Source: a virus. Taken from it: a stretch of 64,000 nucleotides of DNA. Positions 29,011-37,872 of this stretch are shown one piece after another (position 1 is the stretch's first letter; each line of letters begins with the position of its first letter). A program made the position numbers and the translations under genes. The notes under the pieces were generated by a model. The model made no database searches. It was given only the letters and a program-made list of their open reading frames with translations, and was not told where the DNA came from. The stretch covers positions 12,094 to 76,093 of the IMG/VR virus record IMGVR_UViG_3300023082_000002; one strand, written 5' to 3'.

Positions 29011-29847
29011 TCAGCGCTCCCACGGAGGAGGGGCCGGAGTGTTACCGGCTGGTGATTTTCCAGGTCCAGCCGCCGGGGATGCAGCGGGCGCAGTCGCAGG
29101 TCGCTGGGTGGCCGGACGCGTGGAAGGTAGTGTTGATGGAAACAGTGGCTGCTGAGGTGGTGGTCCAGACCGGCGCGGCCTGCTGCCCTGCGCTACCCCA
29201 GCCATTCCGAAATTTCCGCTCGTCACGTCCTGGCCCATTGTCTGCTTGTAGCAGATAGTGCAGCACCCTTCGAGAACCACGCACGCAATCTCTGCGTTTA
29301 GAGTCTCTCGTTCAGAGCAGTGACTGACAAATAGAACCTTGTCAGCCTGATCCAACCTTTCATGAATTCTGTTGGGGCATCGAAAGCCGCCACTGTCTGC
29401 GGTAGGTTGACGCTTGAGAAGCTCGACTGTCAACCAATCCCATACCATCCCACGAATTACTTCTCGTCTATCTTCTGGCATGATAGTTCCGATGACAGCT
29501 TTCGTGTTCGAGTAAAAGTCGGACTCGTAAGCCAACTGTACCTCCATCATGTCGCCAAGATCGGCCTGGTGGGTGCCAAGATTTACCTCGATCCACAGCG
29601 ACCAGGGGTCGAGGCAAAGAAATGAACCGACCGGCGAGAGATTGAACTTGTAAACCTGACCGCCGTTGAGTGACGGATCACTGTAGTCCATGATCTCGGT
29701 CTCGATGTGATAGCAGGACTTGTTCCAGCTCATCGCAAACAGACGTTCGACAGGGGCCGAATAGTTCGGCTTGTCCGGGCACTCATCACAGACAAGAACG
29801 CGTGCACCCTCAAGGATTTTTTCAGTCACTGCCATTACACAAGCCAC
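29011..29847 (-). CDS. Hypothetical protein with Cys motifs and Pro-rich tail
   Basis: 278-aa ORF. Confidence 0.6.
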   Translation of the reverse strand: MACVMAVTEKILEGARVLVCDECPDKPNYSAPVERLFAMSWNKSCYHIETEIMDYSDPSLNGGQVYKFNLSPVGSFLCLDPWSLWIEVNLGTHQADLGDMMEVQLAYESDFYSNTKAVIGTIMPEDRREVIRGMVWDWLTVELLKRQPTADSGGFRCPNRIHERLDQADKVLFVSHCSERETLNAEIACVVLEGCCTICYKQTMGQDVTSGNFGMAGVAQGSRPRRSGPPPQQPLFPSTLPSTRPATQRPATAPAASPAAGPGKSPAGNTPAPPPWER

Positions 29848-30122
29848 CTAGCATCTTCCGGGGATAGGCCGTGTTTCACGGCTTGCTTCTCGAGCCACTT
29901 CATGTCACGCCTCAACCTAGCATATCGACGTGGGTCACTGGCGCTGATTGCGGAAATGATCGCGCCCCTAGTCTTGGGGGGTTGGCGACGAGTCGCTCCA
30001 CGATTCCACTCTTCACGATCTTCGTGTGATAGGTCTCGTGGCGGTGCGCCGAACGCTCTCGCATCTCGAACCTGATCGTTGAACCTGCCGAGCTTGCGTT
30101 CGACATCATCAAGCCAGCCCAT
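29835..30122 (-). CDS. Hypothetical basic protein
   Basis: MGWLDDVERK... Confidence 0.5.
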   Translation of the reverse strand: MGWLDDVERKLGRFNDQVRDARAFGAPPRDLSHEDREEWNRGATRRQPPKTRGAIISAISASDPRRYARLRRDMKWLEKQAVKHGLSPEDARWLV

Positions 30123-30405
30123 TGCGAACCTTCCATGCCTGCATTTCCGACTGGGCATCGGCGTCCAGTCCAGGGCGGATGATGTGCAGGTTCTCCTGAT
30201 AGTCTTCGGGTCGCAGCATGCCAGCGTTACCGAGGTTGCGGATCGCGAACTCGATACCGAAGTCGCGCTGGCCAGCGCGTGCCTGGAATGTCGGGCGACT
30301 GGGCTGTACTGCTTGTGCGGCGACCGGCGCACTCGCTGCGCGGCGACGTGGCTTGTGCTTCTTTACTTGCGGCACCTCGTCCGCGTCCCACAATGACTCG
30401 CTCAC
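30109..30405 (-). CDS. Hypothetical protein
   Basis: 98 aa; TACTAT -10 candidate upstream (~30454-30459). Confidence 0.55.
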   Translation of the reverse strand: MSESLWDADEVPQVKKHKPRRRAASAPVAAQAVQPSRPTFQARAGQRDFGIEFAIRNLGNAGMLRPEDYQENLHIIRPGLDADAQSEMQAWKVRNGLA

Positions 30406-30478
30406 GATGTCCCCAATTCTCGTACGGTCTGCACGGTGACTGTCCCTATAACCATAGTACGCTATCTCGCATCTAGAG

Positions 30479-31228
30479 TCAAGACTTATCTGCGAGGGCT
30501 TTTACGTACGCAACGTCAACCTTGAACGAGACAGCAATATCTTCGGGTTCAAAGAATCCAGTCGCCAAGGCGTTGATGATCTTCTGGTCAACCTCAACTC
30601 CGAGTGAGACCATAGAAGCGACAGGAGTTTTTGCGACACGCTGCTTCGGAGCCCTAGTGGTCTTCTCGGGATCGAAGTTCGACGACCCCTGCTTGTTGGC
30701 CTTCTCGTACTCCCTGGAGCCAGGCAGGGGTGGGTTGTACTTGTACCCTGGCGTAGGCTCGAACTCGCGCTCACCCTTGCGAATCGCGGCACGCTTCATC
30801 TCCTCAACAACAACCTCGTCGGCTGTAATGAAGTAATGAGACGACATCATCTGAATGCTTTCAGCGATGCCTCGCATGCGACCCTTGTAGTACTCGAGCT
30901 CCATCTGATCGCGCTTTGTTTGGAACTCATCGAACGAGGAATCAAGACTGTCCCACAGCTTTTCAAGTAGCGACTTGCCGACACGCAGCATGGTGTACCT
31001 CTGTCCTCGTTCGTCTCGTTCTTCCATGAATTCATTTGACTTACCCTCGTCAGGGCAGCGCGTGAGATGCTCGTCCCATGCGTACTGCGCCATAGTCACA
31101 GAGGCGTGCGCGGTGCTGTAGAAGCAGTCGAAGCGGGGGCACTTGAGACTGAACGGATGGGTGCCGCGAGTCATTGTGAGGTTGGGCTCGATCGGCGCCT
31201 CTGTCGGTGCGTGTGCCACGTAACTCAT
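30479..31228 (-). CDS. Hypothetical protein (N-term C2H-like motif, C-term HTH-like)
   Basis: CPRFDC...H; C-term PEDIAVSFKVDVAYV. Confidence 0.6.
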   Translation of the reverse strand: MSYVAHAPTEAPIEPNLTMTRGTHPFSLKCPRFDCFYSTAHASVTMAQYAWDEHLTRCPDEGKSNEFMEERDERGQRYTMLRVGKSLLEKLWDSLDSSFDEFQTKRDQMELEYYKGRMRGIAESIQMMSSHYFITADEVVVEEMKRAAIRKGEREFEPTPGYKYNPPLPGSREYEKANKQGSSNFDPEKTTRAPKQRVAKTPVASMVSLGVEVDQKIINALATGFFEPEDIAVSFKVDVAYVKALADKS

Positions 31229-31482
31229 TCCTTCACTTCCGATTCAAACACAAGGAATGATTCGTGCTCTGAGTACTTGCGTGTCCATGTCTTTTTCTTT
31301 TCGACAGAAAGATTGTAGCCAGCATCTTCTACCCACGGTTCGCCTTCGAGCTTTTTTTCAGACGGCGTACGCTTGAGGCACTCTTTGTCGAGCTCGGTCT
31401 TTGCTACCTCCAGGGTTACATAGACCTCATAGAAGTGTCGACCATCCCAGCCCATATCTACGACTGCAACATAGACCTTCAT
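31225..31482 (-). CDS. Hypothetical protein
   Basis: MKVYVAVVD...; SD AAGGGA. Confidence 0.55.
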   Translation of the reverse strand: MKVYVAVVDMGWDGRHFYEVYVTLEVAKTELDKECLKRTPSEKKLEGEPWVEDAGYNLSVEKKKTWTRKYSEHESFLVFESEVKE

Positions 31483-31514
31483 GCTGGCGCTTCCCTTCTT
31501 GTCATTGTCTAGGT

Positions 31515-31879
31515 AGAGCTTCACCCCCGGCCAAGGACTAGCCGGGGGTGAAGCGGTGAGGGGTTTGGAGTACAGGTTGTCTTGCTGCCAGCTCCTGGTT
31601 AGCCTTACCCGCACGCCGGTGATCAGGACACCGGGGGTCACATGCAGAGCAATCGCTGGCCCCTCTGTTAACGAGGCAGGGACTCGGGCCTCGAACGGTT
31701 ACCTAGTTAAGCGGGTACGAGTCGCCCCTAGTTCTCGTACCCTGTTGGCACGCACCCGATGATGAGCACGTATTGACTGACTGCGCAAGCTCTTCCCAAG
31801 CACAGGCAGTCAAGCGAGACACACTTTCAGTGGGTCATGACTCCACTGGTTACCACGGCAGTGTCTCGCTCGCTTGGGA
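31515..31879 (-). ncRNA. Putative ~360-nt structured non-coding RNA
   Basis: Intergenic region almost fully covered by stems, with a likely pseudoknot and a 14-bp terminal hairpin (31518-31554). Confidence 0.5.
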
Positions 31880-32368
31880 TCAGTACTCGGCGGGCTCGGG
31901 AGCGTCGCCGCCGAAGCCGTCCTCGTCCGCACCAGGCTGGGGTGCCTCGCCGGCGGCCTCACCCACGGGCTCGGCGTCTTCCTTGAGGTGGTTGTGACCG
32001 AGGTCCGAGTGGTCGATCTTGCCGTGCAGCTCCGCGGCCTGGTCGGGCGACATCGCGTTGACCTGCGAGAGGGGCGCACCGTGCCGGTCGATCAGGTGCT
32101 TCTTCACGCGGGTTGCGTCGACCGGCTTCATCTTGACCTGCTTGAGCTTGACGTCCGGGACCGGAGCCTCCTCCAGCTCGAGGACATCATCGAGCTCCAG
32201 GAGGTCCATCTCGCGACGACCTCGCGGCTTGAAGCCGACGCCCGCAGTGGACGCGACCTCGATCTTGCCCTGGACCTGCTCGGTCGAACCGTCCTCGCGC
32301 TTGACGGTGAGGAGAACGACGTCCCCGGACTTGGCCTTCTCCTGCAGTGTTTCGATTGCGACGGTCAT
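31880..32368 (-). CDS. Highly expressed protein with possible Sm/SH3-like N-domain and His-rich C-domain
   Basis: Very high GC3, own promoter, SD AGGAG; pattern V.L....G....G.I...LL.LDDV. Confidence 0.6.
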   Translation of the reverse strand: MTVAIETLQEKAKSGDVVLLTVKREDGSTEQVQGKIEVASTAGVGFKPRGRREMDLLELDDVLELEEAPVPDVKLKQVKMKPVDATRVKKHLIDRHGAPLSQVNAMSPDQAAELHGKIDHSDLGHNHLKEDAEPVGEAAGEAPQPGADEDGFGGDAPEPAEY

Positions 32369-32461
32369 TTGATGCTCCTGGTTGATGTGTACCTGTTGGC
32401 GGGTCGGGTCGACCGTATCACGGATGGACGTCCCCTGTACAGCCCTTGTTCAACGATTCCG

Positions 32462-35380
32462 TTATCGGTCCGTCAATTTTTTCTCAAGGTGATGAATGAC
32501 CTTGACCAGGTCTTCGTCTCCGTCGACTCGAACGGTATCCATCCCGAACTCTTCAGGCGAACTGGTTCGGATACCGACGCCCATGAGGGTGATGTTCTGC
32601 TGCCTACACTTGGCGATCTGAGTCTGAAGAACTTCGAGCTCCTCGTCATAGTTTGCCGCAGGCATTGCGCCGTCAGTGTAGTACAGAATGATCTTGTCGG
32701 TTGCCGGAGTCCGCTCAACAGCCTTGCGATAGTACTCTAGCGTATGACCGTCGACGTTCGCCTGAAGTGGTCCAATGTTCTTCAGAGATTCGCGAGCACG
32801 GTCATCCCATTGATCCTGAAATGACTTGATCTCATATATTTCCATGCTGAGATTCTCGTACGTACCATCTCCACTGTCGAGTGCACTATGTGCATACACA
32901 GCGAAGTCAATACCAACTCGTGAACACAGTTCGGCCTGAGCCGTGACCGCCCGTTTCGCGAGCTTCATATTGCGAGCACCAGTGAATGACATGCTGGCCG
33001 AGATATCAACCCCGATGACGACGGCGTACGACTTCTTGCCGGGCAAGATAGTCTTCTTGAACATGCGTGGATCGTTGAATGGAGCGCGCTTGGCGAGCGA
33101 CCCACCCCGAATCTTTCCCGACTTCAAGTTCTTCTGATGACGAGCACGCTTGTTATCATCGAAGACACGACGCGTAACCTGCAATGCTTCACCTAGCAAA
33201 GACTCATCAGGCTCAAAGTCACCACGCAAGCCGATGTTGCGAAGGGACTTTTCGCTGTAAAGAACCTTGTCCCCATTAGTGCCACGCCATGCGTTGTCAG
33301 AGTCAGGGACATCGGTGTATCGGTGAACATTGACACCGACAATGTTCACAGGAGCTGTATCAAAGTACAGGCCTTGCTCGATCGCAACTTCCATTGCGGC
33401 CTCTGCGGTACCATCGTCCACTGATTCGCCAAGCGAATACTCCGCAGACTCCTCGGCGTGATGGTCGCCGTGATGACCAGTCACTGCCTCCACGTACTGC
33501 GGAACAGAATCAGCGGAGCCATAATCTATTTCCGCTTCCAATTCCTGGCCCCAAGGATCGCTGCCTGTGTCGGATGAGCTATCCTCCATGTCATTCGGCT
33601 TGTCGGTGCCGAGCTCATTACTTCGTGTCTCAGATGCTGGGTCAGCATCGTCAGACCGATCCGCCTCCAGGGAATCCTCGCCGCCGACTGCTCCCTGATC
33701 TTCGGGCGCCTCGTCAGTGGCGAGTCCACTATCTGTGTCAGTGTCACCCCCAGACCCGTCGGGCTCTCGTGGATCACCGTAACCACTTTCAGTCTGGAAC
33801 TCTTGTGAATCATCCCCACTGCTACGACTGTCTTCGTCATCTAGTCCTCCTTCTTCCTCCGAGCTGTCTGTCTCGCCAGTTCCTGATCCGCCGGACTCAT
33901 CTTCGATACCTTCTGGATCGACCTCCGCTGCTGACTCTTCGGTCGACGAATCTTCCTCAGTCGCGTCACTGGTTACTCCCCTGTTAGCTTCCGCTGTGTC
34001 TCCAGGTACGCTCTCGCCTGCTCCCTCTGGATTCGGTGACGATCCTCCGTTGTCAGGTTGATCGTCACCGGACTCGCTGTCGTCTTCGGGTACTCCTGTG
34101 CTGTCGCCGGAGCCAGAGGGAGAACCGTCATCATCTGTGTCAGGCTGTTCGTCCGTCTCGCCTGCGCCGCTGTCAACATTCGACGCATCGCTCGGAGTGT
34201 CGTTCTCTGGAAAGGCCTCCTCAGTCTCAGGGGAATCCTCGGCATCATCAGACTGAGCATCCGATAAATCTGAATGGTCAGACGATCCAGAATCGCCTGC
34301 CACCTCCCCTGTATCCTCGCCCTTGCCAGCGCCTTGGTCATCGTCAGCTTCATCCTCGGTATCTCCTTGTTCTTGGTCGGAAGATTCTTCCGATGATTCG
34401 TCATTGTCCTGACTATCGGACTCTTTGTCCGGTTCAGTTCTATCCTGCTTATCTTCGGACTCCTGGTCCTGCGGCTCAGGCTGCGGCTCGTCATCCTCTG
34501 TAATGTCGTCGGCCTCAGCAAAGAAGCCGAGCTCTTTGCCGCGCATCAAGGCATCGAAGGACAGGTTGAACACGTCACTCACCGAGCGTGCAGTCTTGGC
34601 ACCTTCGGCAGTAGCAGTAAGCTCCGAGTCATAGCATGCCGCGACCACCTCGGGTGCAAAGAAGTCGTTGACCTCCCAGCGGGACGCTACTGCATACAGA
34701 GCAACAATCAGTTGAGCATTGAGGGGCGCGTCGATCCATCGCGCAACCGAGCCGTCTGCCTGCTCGACACCCTCGGTAAAAGCTCGGCGTGCTCTGACCT
34801 CTCGCATCTTGCGTGTACCCTTGCGAGCCAAGAACATGCGCTCGTCGATGCGAACGTCCTCAAGAATGTTCATGATCTGACCCAGGTACTCTGAAATAGA
34901 GTTAGCCAGTAGTATGAACGAATCGCCACCCTGCTTCCCCTGGTACTTCTCCATGCGCCTGTTCATCTTAGCAACAAAGTCGTCACCCTTGAATGCGACA
35001 GCAGCGGAGAGGGCCTTTGCTCGATCCTTGTCTGTGAAGGGAGCGAACGAGTGGTAAGCAATGTGTGCGATCTCGTGATAGATGCCAGAGAGAATATCTT
35101 CACGCACTCTACACGCAGGGCATAGCTGCTGAAGGGTGACGTCATCTCTCTTGTCACACACGCTGCGGTCATGCTTTGTGTCGTCGGCTAGTGACAACGG
35201 GGGACGGTAGAAGATCGTCGTGCCGTCCGTGTGGGGAAACCCTGCGGTCACCTGGATGCGGACGGCGGGCTCCCCCGTAACGGCGCGAGCGTAGGAGGTG
35301 AGGCCGGGCTGCATCGTGCGAAAAGCTGCCAGAGCTTTTTGGGCTCTAGCAACATGGTCGCGGTCAACTGTCTGACTCAT
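32462..35380 (-). CDS. VWA (CobT-like) protein with HEXXH domain and long acidic linker
   Basis: YHEIAH, NILEDVRI, MIDAS DISAS, TDG; ~330-aa D/E/S-rich segment. Confidence 0.85.
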   Translation of the reverse strand: MSQTVDRDHVARAQKALAAFRTMQPGLTSYARAVTGEPAVRIQVTAGFPHTDGTTIFYRPPLSLADDTKHDRSVCDKRDDVTLQQLCPACRVREDILSGIYHEIAHIAYHSFAPFTDKDRAKALSAAVAFKGDDFVAKMNRRMEKYQGKQGGDSFILLANSISEYLGQIMNILEDVRIDERMFLARKGTRKMREVRARRAFTEGVEQADGSVARWIDAPLNAQLIVALYAVASRWEVNDFFAPEVVAACYDSELTATAEGAKTARSVSDVFNLSFDALMRGKELGFFAEADDITEDDEPQPEPQDQESEDKQDRTEPDKESDSQDNDESSEESSDQEQGDTEDEADDDQGAGKGEDTGEVAGDSGSSDHSDLSDAQSDDAEDSPETEEAFPENDTPSDASNVDSGAGETDEQPDTDDDGSPSGSGDSTGVPEDDSESGDDQPDNGGSSPNPEGAGESVPGDTAEANRGVTSDATEEDSSTEESAAEVDPEGIEDESGGSGTGETDSSEEEGGLDDEDSRSSGDDSQEFQTESGYGDPREPDGSGGDTDTDSGLATDEAPEDQGAVGGEDSLEADRSDDADPASETRSNELGTDKPNDMEDSSSDTGSDPWGQELEAEIDYGSADSVPQYVEAVTGHHGDHHAEESAEYSLGESVDDGTAEAAMEVAIEQGLYFDTAPVNIVGVNVHRYTDVPDSDNAWRGTNGDKVLYSEKSLRNIGLRGDFEPDESLLGEALQVTRRVFDDNKRARHQKNLKSGKIRGGSLAKRAPFNDPRMFKKTILPGKKSYAVVIGVDISASMSFTGARNMKLAKRAVTAQAELCSRVGIDFAVYAHSALDSGDGTYENLSMEIYEIKSFQDQWDDRARESLKNIGPLQANVDGHTLEYYRKAVERTPATDKIILYYTDGAMPAANYDEELEVLQTQIAKCRQQNITLMGVGIRTSSPEEFGMDTVRVDGDEDLVKVIHHLEKKLTDR

Positions 35381-35573
35381 CCGACCTCACTCCTCTCAGC
35401 AGCATCTCTAGTCCGGGCATGTATCTCTGTCGACTCATTGCCAACTGGTAGCAGGTCGGATCATCGTCAGTGTCGTGACAATACCACTTCTCACCTGACG
35501 AATCTGTGATCGAAGCAAACCCAGCAGCCGGGTCACGATCACAGTCAGCACAGGGCTCTGGTGCGACGGACAC
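35364..35573 (-). CDS. Small Cys-containing protein
   Basis: CADC...WYCH...PTCY. Confidence 0.5.
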   Translation of the reverse strand: MSVAPEPCADCDRDPAAGFASITDSSGEKWYCHDTDDDPTCYQLAMSRQRYMPGLEMLLRGVRSDESDS

Positions 35574-36580
35574 TAGTCGTTCTTCCAGAACGGATTCGGG
35601 ATGGTCTCAGTTGGCTGCTCGTCCAGCGGTGCGACAGCCTCGTCGAGGGCGGTCTTCTCAATCTCGGTCTCTTCGGCTTCTTCCTGCTGGGCCGCACTCA
35701 TGCGACGATGCAGCTCTTTACGACTGATTCCTTCGACACGCATGATCTCCTGCTCGTTGAGCTCGATGACCTCCTCCCAGTCCTTGAAATTCGAGTGGAC
35801 GCCGAACATCGGAGCGTCGGGATTACCCTCCTCGTCGGCAGCAACCTCGACCTGAATCACGCCGGTCTCAACGCCGACCTGGATCGCCTCACTGATGTCC
35901 ACGAGTGAAGGCTGCGGCTCCTCGTCGGCATCTTGCATGCTGTACGAAGGGACGTGGTACATCTTGATGGGGGACGCCTCGTACATATCACGAGCTTTGT
36001 CGAGAACGATCTGCGGCGTGAGCTCGGACTGACTGTAGTTCTCCACGTCCTTGAGGTCTTCGATCGCCTGAGACATGAGGTCCTTGAGCTGAAACTCGTT
36101 AAGCTCGTCGAAGGTTTTCACCCTGGGCGCGTCGCCGAAGATTACGTCCATGACAGTGTCGAGTGCCTTGTTGCTCTTCGGGGCAGCCATGAGGGCCATT
36201 GCCTTGGCGATCGTCTGACGCTCGGGCTCGGTGTGACGACCCTCGTACCACTCGTCGGGCTGGTCCTCGGGAAGGATGACCATGCTGCGGTTGCGGAGCG
36301 CATCGAGTACACCCTCGATCGCGGTGGTCTTGAGGCTCTCGCTGTGACCCAGCCACGGTGCCAGCTGCTCAGCACCGACGTCTGCGGAGCGGTGGTAAAT
36401 CATCCACTCCTTCATGAACGACGTGTCGAAGTCGTTGAACTCGGGGAGCGGCTCACCCGTGAAGTCGTGACCGTCATCGTTCATCCAGACGACGGTGAAC
36501 AGGTCGAAGCCTTCACGCTCCTTGAACTCGCGTGCGACCGTGTCGAAGATGGGTGTGGCTGTAGGTCCGTACATTGTCAT
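35573..36580 (-). CDS. Acidic hypothetical protein
   Basis: 335 aa, high GC3, SD AAGGAG. Confidence 0.7.
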   Translation of the reverse strand: MTMYGPTATPIFDTVAREFKEREGFDLFTVVWMNDDGHDFTGEPLPEFNDFDTSFMKEWMIYHRSADVGAEQLAPWLGHSESLKTTAIEGVLDALRNRSMVILPEDQPDEWYEGRHTEPERQTIAKAMALMAAPKSNKALDTVMDVIFGDAPRVKTFDELNEFQLKDLMSQAIEDLKDVENYSQSELTPQIVLDKARDMYEASPIKMYHVPSYSMQDADEEPQPSLVDISEAIQVGVETGVIQVEVAADEEGNPDAPMFGVHSNFKDWEEVIELNEQEIMRVEGISRKELHRRMSAAQQEEAEETEIEKTALDEAVAPLDEQPTETIPNPFWKND

Positions 36581-36592
36581 TGTCTCCTTGGT

Positions 36593-36916
36593 TTAAGGGT
36601 GTACCCATGACTCGCCGATGAGCCATGCTGCGAGAAATCTGATCTTGCTTGGCGGGTCGCCCGCTTCTTCTTCCTCGACCTGATAGAAGATGTCAATCGA
36701 CTCAACCATCTTAGATACGAGGGTGTCATAATCAGGATACACCGCCTGTGTCGAGACTGCAAGGGCTTGGGCAAGGCAATTATTGCCACAGTAATGAGTC
36801 GTTACGCCGGACCTTGTAAGGGTAAGCCATGGTACGATACTCGTGCTTGGTGTAAGCGCCGAAAGCATGAGCTGATTCTCACAGCCCGGACCATCGCATC
36901 GCAAGTGCTGACTCAT
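36593..36916 (-). CDS. Zn-finger protein
   Basis: CDGPGC...HYCGNNCL. Confidence 0.55.
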   Translation of the reverse strand: MSQHLRCDGPGCENQLMLSALTPSTSIVPWLTLTRSGVTTHYCGNNCLAQALAVSTQAVYPDYDTLVSKMVESIDIFYQVEEEEAGDPPSKIRFLAAWLIGESWVHP

Positions 36917-37230
36917 CGGACTACCTTGACCCCCTGCTTCGGCACGCACGTGTCAACCATGCCGTAGTACCCGACCTCGCGAAGCAGCTCAAACAGCCAC
37001 TGAGGCACGGGTCGATACTGCTCATAGCCGTACAGCTTGAACGTAGCCGAAGTCGAACCGGGCACTAGTCTGCCGTAGTTGCGACCGAACAACTGAACCT
37101 TGCCTCGATTCCCGAAGTCCGTAATCTCAGCCTTGTATGGCTCGAATTCTGGGCCGAGCGACGATATCACCCTGGGTGCCCCTTTGATTGAGAATACGGT
37201 TACAGTCTTGCGTGCTGATACCTCAATCAT
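36913..37230 (-). CDS. Hypothetical protein
   Basis: MIEVSARK...VPQWL. Confidence 0.5.
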   Translation of the reverse strand: MIEVSARKTVTVFSIKGAPRVISSLGPEFEPYKAEITDFGNRGKVQLFGRNYGRLVPGSTSATFKLYGYEQYRPVPQWLFELLREVGYYGMVDTCVPKQGVKVVR

Positions 37231-37520
37231 ACCTGCACCTCCACTACTAGAGTCCCAGCTACTGTCATGGTCGCATGGACGAATGCAAAGGCGGCAACGT
37301 CGTACGGAACTGGTCCCCATCTGCGCTCGTACTCCTTAATCAGAGCCATCTCCAGCATGCGATGTGCCTGCTGGCGCTCGATACGCATGCGGCGCTCGAA
37401 GGTCTTGACTCGACCGTGATTGGCCGGACGCAACGCTGCTGACATGGTGACCGCACGCTCGCGCTTGAGTCCACTGCTGTACGTGTAGTCCTCGTGTCCC
37501 GGCTTGTCTAGGATTGGCAT
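37227..37520 (-). CDS. Hypothetical protein
   Basis: MPILDK...; SD GGAGG. Confidence 0.5.
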   Translation of the reverse strand: MPILDKPGHEDYTYSSGLKRERAVTMSAALRPANHGRVKTFERRMRIERQQAHRMLEMALIKEYERRWGPVPYDVAAFAFVHATMTVAGTLVVEVQV

Positions 37521-37522
37521 GG

Positions 37523-37711
37523 TTAATCCTCCGGCTTCGGAAAGGGTGTCTTCTTCTTCCACTCTTCATACCAGTCAGGTATGTGTTCGGGACACCACGA
37601 ATCACCATTCTTTTGAAAGAACCAGCCAGACTTGATGTGTGAAAACTTGTTAGAGGGGATAGTCTCCTCGCAGTCAGGATTGCTGCAACGAGTATCTACT
37701 CCGTACGACAT
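37523..37711 (-). CDS. Small Zn-binding protein
   Basis: CSNPDC...GW...WCPEH. Confidence 0.55.
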   Translation of the reverse strand: MSYGVDTRCSNPDCEETIPSNKFSHIKSGWFFQKNGDSWCPEHIPDWYEEWKKKTPFPKPED

Positions 37712-37872
37712 GTCACTCAGCCCTCTTTGTCACTGTGACCGGACCCGCCAGCTCTTCGGCACGTCGATCAAGCGCCTCGGCCTCAGCCTTCTTGCGCTTG
37801 CGATACTCGGGATCACGGTAACGATTTGCCTGGGTGTCCTTGTTGCGACCTGAGTCAGGGTTGCCAGCCATG

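Noticed and set aside
31810-31879. Twister or HDV-like ribozyme (ACUGCC...AAAGUG, pseudoknot)
   Set aside because: Lacks the twister UAA cleavage context and the HDV P3/L3 and G1 features; kept only as an unassigned structured RNA
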